The notes under the pieces are model-generated. The model was not told where the DNA came from and made no database searches. It worked only from the letters and a program-made list of their open reading frames with translations. A DNA stretch of 64,000 nucleotides from the IMG/VR virus record IMGVR_UViG_3300037400_002156, positions 64,001 to 128,000 of that record; one strand, 5' to 3'. The stretch comes from a virus (taxonomy: Duplodnaviria; Caudoviricetes). Shown here one piece after another: positions 38,860 to 49,317 of the stretch; position 1 is the stretch's first letter; the number at the start of each line of letters is the position of its first letter. Position numbers and translations under genes: made by a program.

Positions 38860-40749
38860 TTATAAATCATACTTATCTTTAGGTTGATTTTGAGCTACTC
38901 TAGCAGCACGCTGCTTTAATTGTCTAGCAGTAAGGTTACTTGCATTATTAGGATCATTTATCGCTTCTTGAATATCTTCATCCAATAGAATTTCTGGGTG
39001 TTGTGTAATATACTGCTCGCAATCACGTGACCATTCATCTTCACTAATTTTACGCAGTATTTTATCAATCATGTAATCATCATCATCTGAAAGACGATAT
39101 GGATTATTATTGCGATTATTTTGAATAGCTGCGTCTATATCATAGCCTAGTCTAGTAGCAACCTGTCTAAATATGTCTGACGCAGGAATATTTGTCATAC
39201 CGTCAATAACCTGCTGGCCAAGTCCAATGTCGAAGATATACTCAATAAAATATTCATTTGAAGATGTTATAATATCACGTACAGTTAAAGGCGACATATG
39301 ATATCTTGATTTAAGATTGTTACCAAGTATTCTACATAATGCTCGCGTAGTTGCTTCATCTCGTGTATGAGCTATAGTGTCAATAATATCTGAAAAATCA
39401 TTATTATTTTCTAAAAATCGTCTATGTGATTTTGCGATCTTATTTAAAACTGAGATATTACCATTATTTTTTGCTGAGTACATTAGATTTTTTAATTGAT
39501 TTTTGTTAGCATCTTTAATAAAATCATCAGTAACAAAATCGTATATAACATCTAGTGGCTTATTTAAAGCAAGACATATATTACTAGCTTGAGTTAAGAA
39601 GTTTTCAACGTTAACTACTTTTAAAGTACCATTACTGACTAATTCTATAAGATCATATAGCTTCCGAGTTACTCCGATATTTTCACGATAATCTGCAGTA
39701 GCGTAGCCTCTAAAGTTAGGTAAAGGTGGCATTACACCAGCATTTTTGAATTTATCTGCTAATATACTAAAGCCTTTTGCAAATTCTTTCATAATAGAGT
39801 CAGATCTGACAGATAAGTATAAATTTTCAGGATTGTCTGCGACTATTAGCTTATCAACTATACTTCTATATGCTGATTCTTTGATGTGACCTAATAAAAA
39901 GTATGGCAATATAGTATTATTAAAAATATCAAACCATAAGCTATATTGGCGATACAATGATCTAGCACCATCTGGAATTAATGATAATAAAATATCATCT
40001 TCGTATATACCACGTTTAATAGCGCAAACTATTAAAGGATCGCCACGATTTAAATCAAACAAAGATCCTGCTGCTCCAGCGCCGTGACTAATAAGTTCAC
40101 GTAGACCATCAAGATTTTTACGATCCATTGCGACAATTACAACAGGTTTGTTTCCATCTTTCTGATTAGGATTAGCGCCATTATCTAGTAATAGCTTAAT
40201 AATTTGGCCAGTTATATTCTTAGAATCTCTACATGCATAAACAAGTGGCGTAACACCTTTCTCATTTGGCTGATCAACTGGCTGTCCAGCATCAACTGCC
40301 GCTTTCACTTCTTCATATTTTCTTGAATATAAGTTAGGTGTTACCGTTCTCTGTCTTGGCTCACGTGGAGCTCTTGGTAAACGTCTTGCACGAGTTGGTG
40401 CTGGCTCTTCATTAGCAACAGTGTTATCTGCGTTAGAATTAGCATTAGTACTATCTCTCTGTATAACACCAGCATCTTCCCATTCATAGTTTGGATTAGC
40501 TGAGTACATGCCATTCTGTCTAAATAGGCATCTTTCTCTAATACCATCGCTTAAAAATCTTGCTGCAGATGTATTAAAGTGATTAAGAATATCTTCAAAT
40601 GATTTTGGACCTTCATCCATTAACCATTGCCATACTTTAAAAGCAGTGCTTGGGTTTGTACCGCGACCAACTGTCTTTTCGTATACATATCTTTCTAGTC
40701 TTGCTACTCTTCTTTGTAGAGCATTTTCATATAAAGTACTGTATTTCAT
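38860..40749 (-). CDS. Leader-family ankyrin-repeat protein
   Basis: LQRRVARLERYVYE; GVTPLVYAC; ends KYDL. Confidence 0.8.
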   Translation of the reverse strand: MKYSTLYENALQRRVARLERYVYEKTVGRGTNPSTAFKVWQWLMDEGPKSFEDILNHFNTSAARFLSDGIRERCLFRQNGMYSANPNYEWEDAGVIQRDSTNANSNADNTVANEEPAPTRARRLPRAPREPRQRTVTPNLYSRKYEEVKAAVDAGQPVDQPNEKGVTPLVYACRDSKNITGQIIKLLLDNGANPNQKDGNKPVVIVAMDRKNLDGLRELISHGAGAAGSLFDLNRGDPLIVCAIKRGIYEDDILLSLIPDGARSLYRQYSLWFDIFNNTILPYFLLGHIKESAYRSIVDKLIVADNPENLYLSVRSDSIMKEFAKGFSILADKFKNAGVMPPLPNFRGYATADYRENIGVTRKLYDLIELVSNGTLKVVNVENFLTQASNICLALNKPLDVIYDFVTDDFIKDANKNQLKNLMYSAKNNGNISVLNKIAKSHRRFLENNNDFSDIIDTIAHTRDEATTRALCRILGNNLKSRYHMSPLTVRDIITSSNEYFIEYIFDIGLGQQVIDGMTNIPASDIFRQVATRLGYDIDAAIQNNRNNNPYRLSDDDDYMIDKILRKISEDEWSRDCEQYITQHPEILLDEDIQEAINDPNNASNLTARQLKQRAARVAQNQPKDKYDL

Positions 40750-40870
40750 TTATATCATCTCCATTTAGTATGTGAATATGATAGATAACTCTAACCTATA
40801 TATTGATAATAGAAAACCATACTAATTAAAATACACTCTAATTAGTATGGTTTTAATTTATTCATGTTTA

Positions 40871-42442
40871 CTACATATCATAAAGCTCATCATTGTCTTT
40901 ATTTTTATTTGCGTTATTTCTTTTATAGTTGTCTAAATAACGTATTAAAAGTCTTGCATTTGTTGATGACGAAGTAAGCTTCTTAGCCATATCATAAAAC
41001 CTTTGATCTGTTAAAAATTCTGGAAACTGTTCTGTTAATGATGCTATATTTGACACATAATGATCAGTTTCTAAAAGATTTTCAGCATCTTTAAGTCTAC
41101 GATTAATATCATAATTTAAGTCATTAAGAAGCTTATCAGCTTTAGCAGAAGACTCATCATCTTTAAGTAATTCTTTTAATTCATAAGACACTTTACTATC
41201 ATCTTGTATACAATTTGAAATGTCTTTTCCGTAACCATTATCTATAAACCACTCTAATAATTTTTTATTATGTGTCTTTAAAAGATCACGACAAATCGTA
41301 GAATCTTTCGTGATAATTATTTTATCAGAATCTTGTACAATATTTAGTATTTTACATACTAATCTAGTAATCTTACTGTTATCAGGCACATTTGCGGCGA
41401 AATGAATAACATCTTTCAAATCATATCCTAAATTTACATTTGTCTTCTTAATAATATCTCTACCATTATTGATCAGTGACTGTGCTAAGTCAATACTATC
41501 CATCACAAATGCAGATAGAATCATATCATATAAAGAGCTAGTACTTACTCGTGACAGTGCTTCTGATGTAATAATATCTGCAAGAAAGTCTATAGGTAAA
41601 ACAAGATTGTTTGCAGCATTTATAACATCACGCATGAAACAATCTGCATTATAAATGTAGCAATCATGTGCTTCTTTAGCAGCACTATATATTTTAGTAT
41701 ACACTGCTTGTGTCTTCATTCCTTCTGCATATTCACTGCATTCATAAAAAGGCCATACTTTATATTTCATTATAGCATCAAATAGATATGATGTCTTAGC
41801 AATTGCTATTTCTTCTGCTATAGGATAATCAGAATCACGACTAAAATAATTGTGTAACATTCCATTATTATTCATAATAGAAATGTATTTATTTATAAGT
41901 GCAGAATAAACTTTCTCATCTAACTTACCCCAAGAATAAATATGAACTATTCTTGCAATTACTGTAAAGTTAGATTTAGCACTTCTTCCAGCTACAAAAT
42001 CATTATCTACTAATGATAATAGTAAATTATCTTTAATACCACCATCTATCGCATAAAATAAAACTGGCTTATTTTTATATTCACTGTCTTTAAGAGAAGT
42101 GCCATATTCTAATAATAAATTTAATAGTTCTTTATTACCTTCTAGCGCAAATAAAGCAAGATATGGAGCTCCCTTTTTATCCGCTACATTCGGATTAGCT
42201 CCATTTTCAAGTAATAAAGTTATAATACCACTATCATGGTTACTACATGCTATTTGTAATGGAGTTCTTCCAAATCTGTCTACACTATTAACATCAATGC
42301 CAGCTTCAATAGCGGCTTTAACTTCTTCTATCTTTTTTGAAAAAATATTTGCTTTTGGCTTTTTAGAGCGAGAAGTAGTCTCATCTTCAAAAATAAGTCT
42401 TTCTAATATTCTAACTCTTTTTTCTAATGATATCATTTTCAC
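40871..42442 (-). CDS. Leader-family ankyrin-repeat protein
   Basis: LEKRVRILERLIFE; GRTPLQIAC; ends LYDM. Confidence 0.8.
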   Translation of the reverse strand: MKMISLEKRVRILERLIFEDETTSRSKKPKANIFSKKIEEVKAAIEAGIDVNSVDRFGRTPLQIACSNHDSGIITLLLENGANPNVADKKGAPYLALFALEGNKELLNLLLEYGTSLKDSEYKNKPVLFYAIDGGIKDNLLLSLVDNDFVAGRSAKSNFTVIARIVHIYSWGKLDEKVYSALINKYISIMNNNGMLHNYFSRDSDYPIAEEIAIAKTSYLFDAIMKYKVWPFYECSEYAEGMKTQAVYTKIYSAAKEAHDCYIYNADCFMRDVINAANNLVLPIDFLADIITSEALSRVSTSSLYDMILSAFVMDSIDLAQSLINNGRDIIKKTNVNLGYDLKDVIHFAANVPDNSKITRLVCKILNIVQDSDKIIITKDSTICRDLLKTHNKKLLEWFIDNGYGKDISNCIQDDSKVSYELKELLKDDESSAKADKLLNDLNYDINRRLKDAENLLETDHYVSNIASLTEQFPEFLTDQRFYDMAKKLTSSSTNARLLIRYLDNYKRNNANKNKDNDELYDM

Positions 42443-42560
42443 ATTCCTATATTAAGAGTGCATAAACTTATTAGTTACACTATTAAAATAATTACACTTA
42501 TTTGATATTTCTTTATACACAAAAACTCCATAACTAATTAGTTATGGAGTTTAAACATAA

Positions 42561-44039
42561 TTACATATCGTATATATCTTCTTTTTGAGTTGAAGCTATT
42601 TTGCGTTTTAATTGTCGTGATGTAGTTGTATTGTTGTTTTCTATTGCATCTAATACTAAATCATTTCTAAGAATATCTGGGTTATCTGTAACAGCTTTTT
42701 CTAAAGCTCTGTTCCATAAATCATATTTAATCGCACGTAGCAATTTATTTATAAGTGTATTATCATCATTAGCATTTGAAATAGCTCCGTAATCATTAAG
42801 TATCTCTAGACAATATTTTGCAGAAGGTTTACCAGCTAAATAATAATCTTCATCTGTACATTGTCTATATAGCTCATCAGAGAATCCTTCTTCTATAAAG
42901 TACAAAATTAAGTACTCGTCTTTTGATTCTATTACACCTGTAATTAAATTATCTAAATCCAGATCATCAAGCTCTGATATTGAATTTTTATTTATTAGTT
43001 TAACTAATAATCGTGACATTCCATAATATCGTATATCGCGTATAATATCATCAATGTCAAATTTTAATCCAGCATTAATCATACTCTGTATGATGGCTTT
43101 ATTTTTTGTATGAGCTGCATTTTCTAATAAATCTAGTAACTCATTTTCTGAAAACTCTAATAAAAATTTAGGAGTAAACATGTGATCTAAGAACTCTGTA
43201 GAATCTCCAGTTATTTTACATAGATCTCTGCATGTCTCCATAAAATACTGTATGTTGAATATAATCTTTATTTTGCCCTCTGCTGCATCTTTATAGTATT
43301 TCAATAACTCAGTTGCAGTTTCTTTGCTTATTACTCTTGTGTCTATAGATATTGTTGGAATAACATTGTACTTATCAACAATACATTTAAATGTATTCAT
43401 AATGCCATCACTGAGTTCGTATTTCATAGATGTTACATCATCTACACTATTAAACTCTGATGAGTTGTCAACGATCATCTTAATAAGATTTTCATATTGA
43501 TCTAGAGAAATTCTCTTTCTGTAATAAGCATCATAATAAAAGCTATGCACCAATGAGTTAAACTCTTGCTTCTCTTTAGAAGCAGCTAATCTAATAAGCT
43601 CACTATCTTTAGGTACATAGTCACTTTGTGAGCCTTGTGCTTGACGCATTATATAACTTGGATTTGTAATTGTATTATTAACATCATTAGCAAGAATAGC
43701 CTTCATCGCAGGCTCATTTTTTAGCTTACACGCATAGTAAAACGCATCCCACTGGCCATAGTAATTTTTATATATATCCGCACCGTGCTGCAGAAGATAT
43801 GCAATTACGTCACTATAATCTTTATCACTTGAATTTATAGTGTATGTTAATGGAGTAAAGCCCTTATCGTTCTTCTGATTTATATTTTCACCAGCATCTA
43901 ATGCAGCTTTAATTTCATCAATATTTCTTGAGAATAAGCCGGTAGATTTTTCTTTTTTAGCTTCTGCTAAAAGACATTCCAACTTTAAAAGTCTTCTTTC
44001 TAAGTTAATAAGTTTATATTCAAACATGCTATATTTCAT
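42561..44039 (-). CDS. Leader-family ankyrin-repeat protein
   Basis: LERRLLKLECLLAE; GFTPLTYT; ends IYDM. Confidence 0.8.
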   Translation of the reverse strand: MKYSMFEYKLINLERRLLKLECLLAEAKKEKSTGLFSRNIDEIKAALDAGENINQKNDKGFTPLTYTINSSDKDYSDVIAYLLQHGADIYKNYYGQWDAFYYACKLKNEPAMKAILANDVNNTITNPSYIMRQAQGSQSDYVPKDSELIRLAASKEKQEFNSLVHSFYYDAYYRKRISLDQYENLIKMIVDNSSEFNSVDDVTSMKYELSDGIMNTFKCIVDKYNVIPTISIDTRVISKETATELLKYYKDAAEGKIKIIFNIQYFMETCRDLCKITGDSTEFLDHMFTPKFLLEFSENELLDLLENAAHTKNKAIIQSMINAGLKFDIDDIIRDIRYYGMSRLLVKLINKNSISELDDLDLDNLITGVIESKDEYLILYFIEEGFSDELYRQCTDEDYYLAGKPSAKYCLEILNDYGAISNANDDNTLINKLLRAIKYDLWNRALEKAVTDNPDILRNDLVLDAIENNNTTTSRQLKRKIASTQKEDIYDM

Positions 44040-44045
44040 AGATCA

Positions 44046-46022
44046 TCATCCGTCATACTTGTTTAAATAATGTGAAACATCTTCTAAGCTGTCTAAAGAA
44101 ACTCTCTTTATTCCATTATTTTCATAATCAAAATCGTCAGCAATTACATCAGAATAGCTGCTGTTAATATCTCCAGAGTTAAATTGTGAGAGGTTAAGTA
44201 TGTCGTCAGGGTTAAATATTGTTTCTTGAGTCGTGTAGGCGTTGTATAAAGCACCTACAACTGCATCGCAACGGTCTTTCATTCCACCTGTTTTAGTCGA
44301 ACCAGGATGATCAACTTTTTGCTTCTGTCTAAACCATATAAGATCAAACAGCTCTTTTTTTATTGCGTCTGCAAACTCCTGACTAAAGTGTACTATATTC
44401 TTATAAAGACAGTCTACAAAGAACAAATACTGAGTATCTGTTTTATCAACTGATTGATATTTTACATTGAATCCATTCTCTGTTAAGAACTGTCTGCTTG
44501 CTTCACTTTGAAATTGATCAAAGCTAACTAAACCTATTCTTAACCCTAGTACATCTCGCATATATTTAATGAACTCATGACATCTTGCGATAGACACACG
44601 TTTTGGCGGAGGCGGTGGTACTATTCTTAAAGAGAAATCATAATAATATTCAGGAGTTTCAACACCGTCAACTAGCTTAGTTCCATTTTTATAACAACAA
44701 GCAATGCCGTAAGCATCTGTCGCTACACCAATATCAATATGCAAATACCTCGGACATTCTTTGTGTGGAAATTCAACACCATTAAGATAGTACTGAATGC
44801 TATTATAAAGCTCATCATTGCACGTCTCAACAGTGAATTCATTCTTAGAAAATAATGGCTGTATAGTATTATCAATACAAGATTCAAATGTTGATCTCGA
44901 TGAGAATAGTTTACCAGTAGAGCTTACACTCATTCCTGAGAAATCTTGAAGAGCTTGTATTACATTGTTTGCATAATTAGGATAAAAATCTATAGGAACT
45001 TCGTCAATTAAATTTCTATACTCCTGTGATAATTTCGCAACCGCTTCTTTTACTGTTAAACTTGGATCAAGACTTATACCTAATTTAACACTTAAATCAG
45101 ATGTGTCTTTAATGATAAACGGATCAAATTTATCATTGCCGGCAAATACAAAGAATGTCTCGTCTTTATACGTACCAGCTGGTTTAATATCCCATAATCT
45201 AGCTCTTGCATACTTGATAGAAGGATCTGTTAATGACTTTTCATATAATTTAGAAGTCATTGATGTTTTAAACGTTGAAGATGATATAACAAGATTTAAT
45301 GAATTATTAACACCGTTTGATGTAAAACGCGATGATGTTCTTGATAGTACTGCATTATATAGTTCTTCAACAGACCCTAAATCAACTTCAGAACCAGAGC
45401 TATCACCAAAGAAATTAGCCTCATCAATTACACAGCTAATACAGTTTAAACCAATCATATCTGATGTTGAACTTCCGTAGAATATTCGAATATTTTCAGG
45501 AAAATCCAACGTAGAATTTCTATACTGATTACGTCTAAATAGCTCTTTAAAATATGGAACACCATCTATTATTGAGCGTAACTGAGAAAATCCTGATCTT
45601 TCAGCTTGATACTTAGTTAAACTGAAATATAAGAACGCTGTCATTGTATTTGACATTAAACCAAATAACCCAGCAACATTTTCATAGCATGAAAGCTCAT
45701 ATAATTTTCTTAATATAATATAGAGCCCACATGTGGATTTTCCAGTTCCGATTCCGCCAGTTAATACAATTTGATTGTAGTTTTGTTTCCCATCTTTAAA
45801 TATATCACAAATTAAATCTTTCCAAAATGGATATAATTTCTTAACACAGTCATCTCCGCAGTAATATGGGTCACGTATCCATTTCTCAATTGGCACAATT
45901 TCTCTAACCTGTGTATAGTCTGATATTTTTACTTTGTCAATCACATTTGCAATTGAATCAATCTTTTTATCGCCTCTTATAATCTTTAATAATTTTTGTA
46001 CTTTTTTACTTTCTTTGCTCAT
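44046..46022 (-). CDS. terL: Terminase large subunit
   Basis: GGIGTGKS Walker A, CVIDEANF Walker B, ISS motif, HIDIG and KDRCDAV nuclease residues. Confidence 0.9.
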   Translation of the reverse strand: MSKESKKVQKLLKIIRGDKKIDSIANVIDKVKISDYTQVREIVPIEKWIRDPYYCGDDCVKKLYPFWKDLICDIFKDGKQNYNQIVLTGGIGTGKSTCGLYIILRKLYELSCYENVAGLFGLMSNTMTAFLYFSLTKYQAERSGFSQLRSIIDGVPYFKELFRRNQYRNSTLDFPENIRIFYGSSTSDMIGLNCISCVIDEANFFGDSSGSEVDLGSVEELYNAVLSRTSSRFTSNGVNNSLNLVISSSTFKTSMTSKLYEKSLTDPSIKYARARLWDIKPAGTYKDETFFVFAGNDKFDPFIIKDTSDLSVKLGISLDPSLTVKEAVAKLSQEYRNLIDEVPIDFYPNYANNVIQALQDFSGMSVSSTGKLFSSRSTFESCIDNTIQPLFSKNEFTVETCNDELYNSIQYYLNGVEFPHKECPRYLHIDIGVATDAYGIACCYKNGTKLVDGVETPEYYYDFSLRIVPPPPPKRVSIARCHEFIKYMRDVLGLRIGLVSFDQFQSEASRQFLTENGFNVKYQSVDKTDTQYLFFVDCLYKNIVHFSQEFADAIKKELFDLIWFRQKQKVDHPGSTKTGGMKDRCDAVVGALYNAYTTQETIFNPDDILNLSQFNSGDINSSYSDVIADDFDYENNGIKRVSLDSLEDVSHYLNKYDG

Positions 46023-46086
46023 AATAAAAGCCCTATTATATATAAAACAAGTATATTACTTTGTTAGATATATAATAGGGCTTTTA

Positions 46087-46338
46087 TTATTTATAGTCTT
46101 TTGGATCTGGAAAACAATCAAGAAAATCAAGTTTACCTTGCTCAGTCATTATATCGTATGACCATTCTCCATCTTCATAAAAATATAATTTAGTAAAGTC
46201 ACTAGATAAAATAAAACAGAATTCTTTTATAAGTAATAAGTCAGCAGACATTTTAGCCATTTGTAATGTTGGAAACTTAGCATATATGCTAGCATCTGCA
46301 TTCTCATCTATTCTATAGAGATAATAATATTCATTCAT
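46087..46338 (-). CDS. Hypothetical protein
   Basis: 83 aa, GGAG RBS. Confidence 0.55.
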   Translation of the reverse strand: MNEYYYLYRIDENADASIYAKFPTLQMAKMSADLLLIKEFCFILSSDFTKLYFYEDGEWSYDIMTEQGKLDFLDCFPDPKDYK

Positions 46339-46360
46339 TCTAGTGACTCCAAGCTATAAA

Positions 46361-47404
46361 CTATTTAATATGAAGACTTCCACAATGTTCACAGCCATCA
46401 TGTTTCATGCAAATAGAAAAAGCAATTAACAACCCTAGATTTTTCATAAATTTCTTTTTCTTTGCTGGCTTAAATGAAGCAGATAATGTAATAGCTTCAT
46501 TTAGTATATCTTTGATAGGCTGATTAATATTGATAGTGCTATTTACAAGAATGTCTGTAATAAAATTTTGCACCATAGGTGGAGTATCTTTTGATGCAGC
46601 TAATTCATTTACCTCACGGAAAATGTAATCATCCAAGTCAAACGTCTCATATATATGAGTTACTTTACGCCAAAGATCATCAAATGTAGCTCCTTCGTCT
46701 TTTGCATAATTCATTGGAAATGTTATATAAACGCCTGATGTAGGATCATATAGAGTAGGATGAATTTCAGAAAATCCATTCATATTAGAAAACCAGCTAT
46801 TAAACGTTAGCATTGGTTGTAGATTTGCTCCAGTAACTTCTTTAAATAGATTCATTGTTACTTTGCCATGTGAAAACAACTCGTCTGCTTTAACTAATAA
46901 ATTAGAATCTACTTTATTATCAATCGAATATCTGTCTTTAAAATCTGTGAAGCATGTGTAAGATGACGGCGATTTCTTTATGTCAATCTTCCATGGACTA
47001 GGGCCATTTTCATAACGAGTACCCTCAGTACCCTTTTCCATATTTACATTCAAGTCAATAATAGTTAGAGCATCATCATGAGTAGCATAAAAAACAAAGC
47101 AATCTGCAAAGCATTTAAATAGTTTATCTACAGCAGGAAGTACAAGATCAATAACGTCTGCTTCTTCACATACTGTGGACAATAATTTAATTTTTACACC
47201 GAGAGCGTCGACTAATTTCTTAACTGAAGCTTTTGACAATGTATAATTTTTTGTTTTTGTTACAATAGAATATTCATCATGTCCTGGCTCAGACGCGTTT
47301 TTAATAAGATTTACTACATCTTCACTCTTAATAATAAATGGCTGAGGAATATAATTTTTCATATAATCAAAGTGTTCAATAAAACCATAATTTTCAATAG
47401 TCAT
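46361..47404 (-). CDS. Hypothetical protein with C-terminal CxxC
   Basis: 347 aa, AAGGAG RBS. Confidence 0.6.
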   Translation of the reverse strand: MTIENYGFIEHFDYMKNYIPQPFIIKSEDVVNLIKNASEPGHDEYSIVTKTKNYTLSKASVKKLVDALGVKIKLLSTVCEEADVIDLVLPAVDKLFKCFADCFVFYATHDDALTIIDLNVNMEKGTEGTRYENGPSPWKIDIKKSPSSYTCFTDFKDRYSIDNKVDSNLLVKADELFSHGKVTMNLFKEVTGANLQPMLTFNSWFSNMNGFSEIHPTLYDPTSGVYITFPMNYAKDEGATFDDLWRKVTHIYETFDLDDYIFREVNELAASKDTPPMVQNFITDILVNSTININQPIKDILNEAITLSASFKPAKKKKFMKNLGLLIAFSICMKHDGCEHCGSLHIK

Positions 47405-47485
47405 TCTATAAACTCCTTATGTTAAAATATAATGACATTAACAAACACTACTATAATTATTATACACTTTCATTAGATAAAATTA

Positions 47486-47507
47486 AACCCAGCTAATTAG
47501 CTGGGTT
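47486..47507 (-). terminator. Palindromic terminator-like hairpin
   Basis: AACCCAGCTAA/TTAGCTGGGTT. Confidence 0.6.
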
Positions 47508-47536
47508 ATTTACTCATCTACTACTATTTAAATAGA

Positions 47537-48418
47537 TCATAAATCATCTTCATTTATACTGAACGTTTCACCACATTCACTTGCTTCTTTATTAAGTAAA
47601 TCAGCAATATGCATCATTGTTTGCTTATAAAACTTATTAAAAATTTGATTACTAACTAGCTTATTATTTGACAGGTTATACATCATCTTAGAGAGTTCTT
47701 TCTTTCCAAGTTGATAAACCATAAATAATTTTGCAAGCGAATATTCACTAAATGGAATTACAGCATTACCAGCTTTAAACGCGATCCTACTATGAACAGT
47801 TTTATCCATATTTGAAAGAAGCCACTCTATTCTTTTATTAGAATCTATGCTACCTTCATGAGACATATAGCTGTCATCTTTAAGCATTAAATCACCAACA
47901 GTAGTGCTAGTATCATCTCCGCATGGCTTATCTAAAATTGTTACTTCATCTGCTTGTGAAACTTTTTTATAAGATTGCCACATTGCAGTTCTAAGCAGCC
48001 AGCAATGAATTGCTGGCTCTAATTTATAGTTAGCATTAAATCGTAAAATACCATCATTAAGTAATAATTTATAAGCGCATATTTGATAAAAGTCATTGAA
48101 CGACATAAGCCATCTCAGTCTTCCTTCTTGCGGCTTATAATAAATACTTTTTGCTTTTCTCTTTAGAACATCTAGCAATTCTTCTGTAGACATTACAAGA
48201 TATTTAAGATTTGCTCTTTCTATTTCAGTCATATTTTCAATATCAAACTTGCGAGCATTTATCATTATATCAGATAACTTACGGATTGAATGAGATCCAC
48301 TATCACTTGAAGTAAGCAGATTTAACTGTTTTCTTGTACAGGTTGTCATGTTTATGTTATACTTGTTTTCAATATCGCGAATAGAACTGGATTTAGAAGT
48401 TGACACATTCTTCTTCAT
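47537..48418 (-). CDS. Sigma70-family-like factor
   Basis: DFYQICAYKLL...RFNANYKLEPAIHCWL resembles region 2; ILDKPCGDDTSTTVGDLM resembles region 3.2. Confidence 0.6.
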   Translation of the reverse strand: MKKNVSTSKSSSIRDIENKYNINMTTCTRKQLNLLTSSDSGSHSIRKLSDIMINARKFDIENMTEIERANLKYLVMSTEELLDVLKRKAKSIYYKPQEGRLRWLMSFNDFYQICAYKLLLNDGILRFNANYKLEPAIHCWLLRTAMWQSYKKVSQADEVTILDKPCGDDTSTTVGDLMLKDDSYMSHEGSIDSNKRIEWLLSNMDKTVHSRIAFKAGNAVIPFSEYSLAKLFMVYQLGKKELSKMMYNLSNNKLVSNQIFNKFYKQTMMHIADLLNKEASECGETFSINEDDL

Positions 48419-48448
48419 ACATAACTCCTTAAGCTATTAGACAAGTAA

Positions 48449-48477
48449 ATTATAACACATGTAATATTAGATGTAAA
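48449..48477 (-). promoter_or_regulatory. Sigma70-type promoter
   Basis: TTTACA-17 bp-TATAAT with extended TG. Confidence 0.8.
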
Positions 48478-48481
48478 CAAA

Positions 48482-48724
48482 TTAAGATTCTTTTACTACT
48501 TCATTTGTAACTGTGACCTTCACTATTCTCCATTTACAATTCTTATAGTCATCGCTTGCACGAATAACTGATTCAGCATCTTCAGCAGAGTTAAACATCA
48601 TTGGTGAACTGTTCCACCAATCGTAGCCCAAACCTTCTCCACGATACTCAATAAACAGCTCACTTCCGAGCTTATTATAAGGAACTTCTACAATATAATG
48701 ATAATGAGTTTTTGATTCAACCAT
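48482..48724 (-). CDS. Hypothetical protein
   Basis: 80 aa, AGGAG RBS. Confidence 0.6.
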   Translation of the reverse strand: MVESKTHYHYIVEVPYNKLGSELFIEYRGEGLGYDWWNSSPMMFNSAEDAESVIRASDDYKNCKWRIVKVTVTNEVVKES

Positions 48725-48828
48725 ATAAGCTCCTATTAGTGGTTAATCATTGTTTCACAATTGTAAATGATATTGACAGCACACTTTTACAGTTTCTTTA
48801 ATAACTAAAGTCTACTATATCATGCACG

Positions 48829-49200
48829 TTAGTCAATAATAATCCAAGACTCGCCATCCGGTGTAATTACGTCTTCAGCACCGTCATATTCGTCAATACG
48901 ATATTGACGGCCGTAAATTTCTGCAATATCCAAATAGGCACATTCACCGTTAGCTTCATCACCCAAAGCTTCAACTACAGCAACTAAATCTTTATGGTGC
49001 CGCTTATCCTCAAACCAACTAGATACATCATAACAAAGACATTCATCTTTTGATGAAAATGAGTATTCTTTACCGGCCAAACGTAGTGATTTAATAAAAT
49101 CACGAAGCTCATTATCTTTGCAATTTGCTTCAAGCCACTCAACAGCTTTTAATGAAATTGAAAACCCGCCGTAGTTGTTATTGTATACTACTTTATTCAT
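48829..49200 (-). CDS. Hypothetical phage protein
   Basis: KVVYNxxYGGF...YRIDEYDGAE pattern; GAGGAG RBS. Confidence 0.65.
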   Translation of the reverse strand: MNKVVYNNNYGGFSISLKAVEWLEANCKDNELRDFIKSLRLAGKEYSFSSKDECLCYDVSSWFEDKRHHKDLVAVVEALGDEANGECAYLDIAEIYGRQYRIDEYDGAEDVITPDGESWIIID

Positions 49201-49317
49201 TTAAGCGCTCCTCTACAGTGTCCAATAAGAAGTCAACATTAAATCCTACTGTACGAAGACTCTTCATACTGAACATCGATTAAATGGAAGGAATCATTCC
49301 ATCCATTTTGTAAGTAT

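Noticed and set aside
49193-49267. 24-aa ORF MKSLRTVGFNVDFLLDTVEERLNE
   Set aside because: Too short with no clear RBS; may be a gene remnant.
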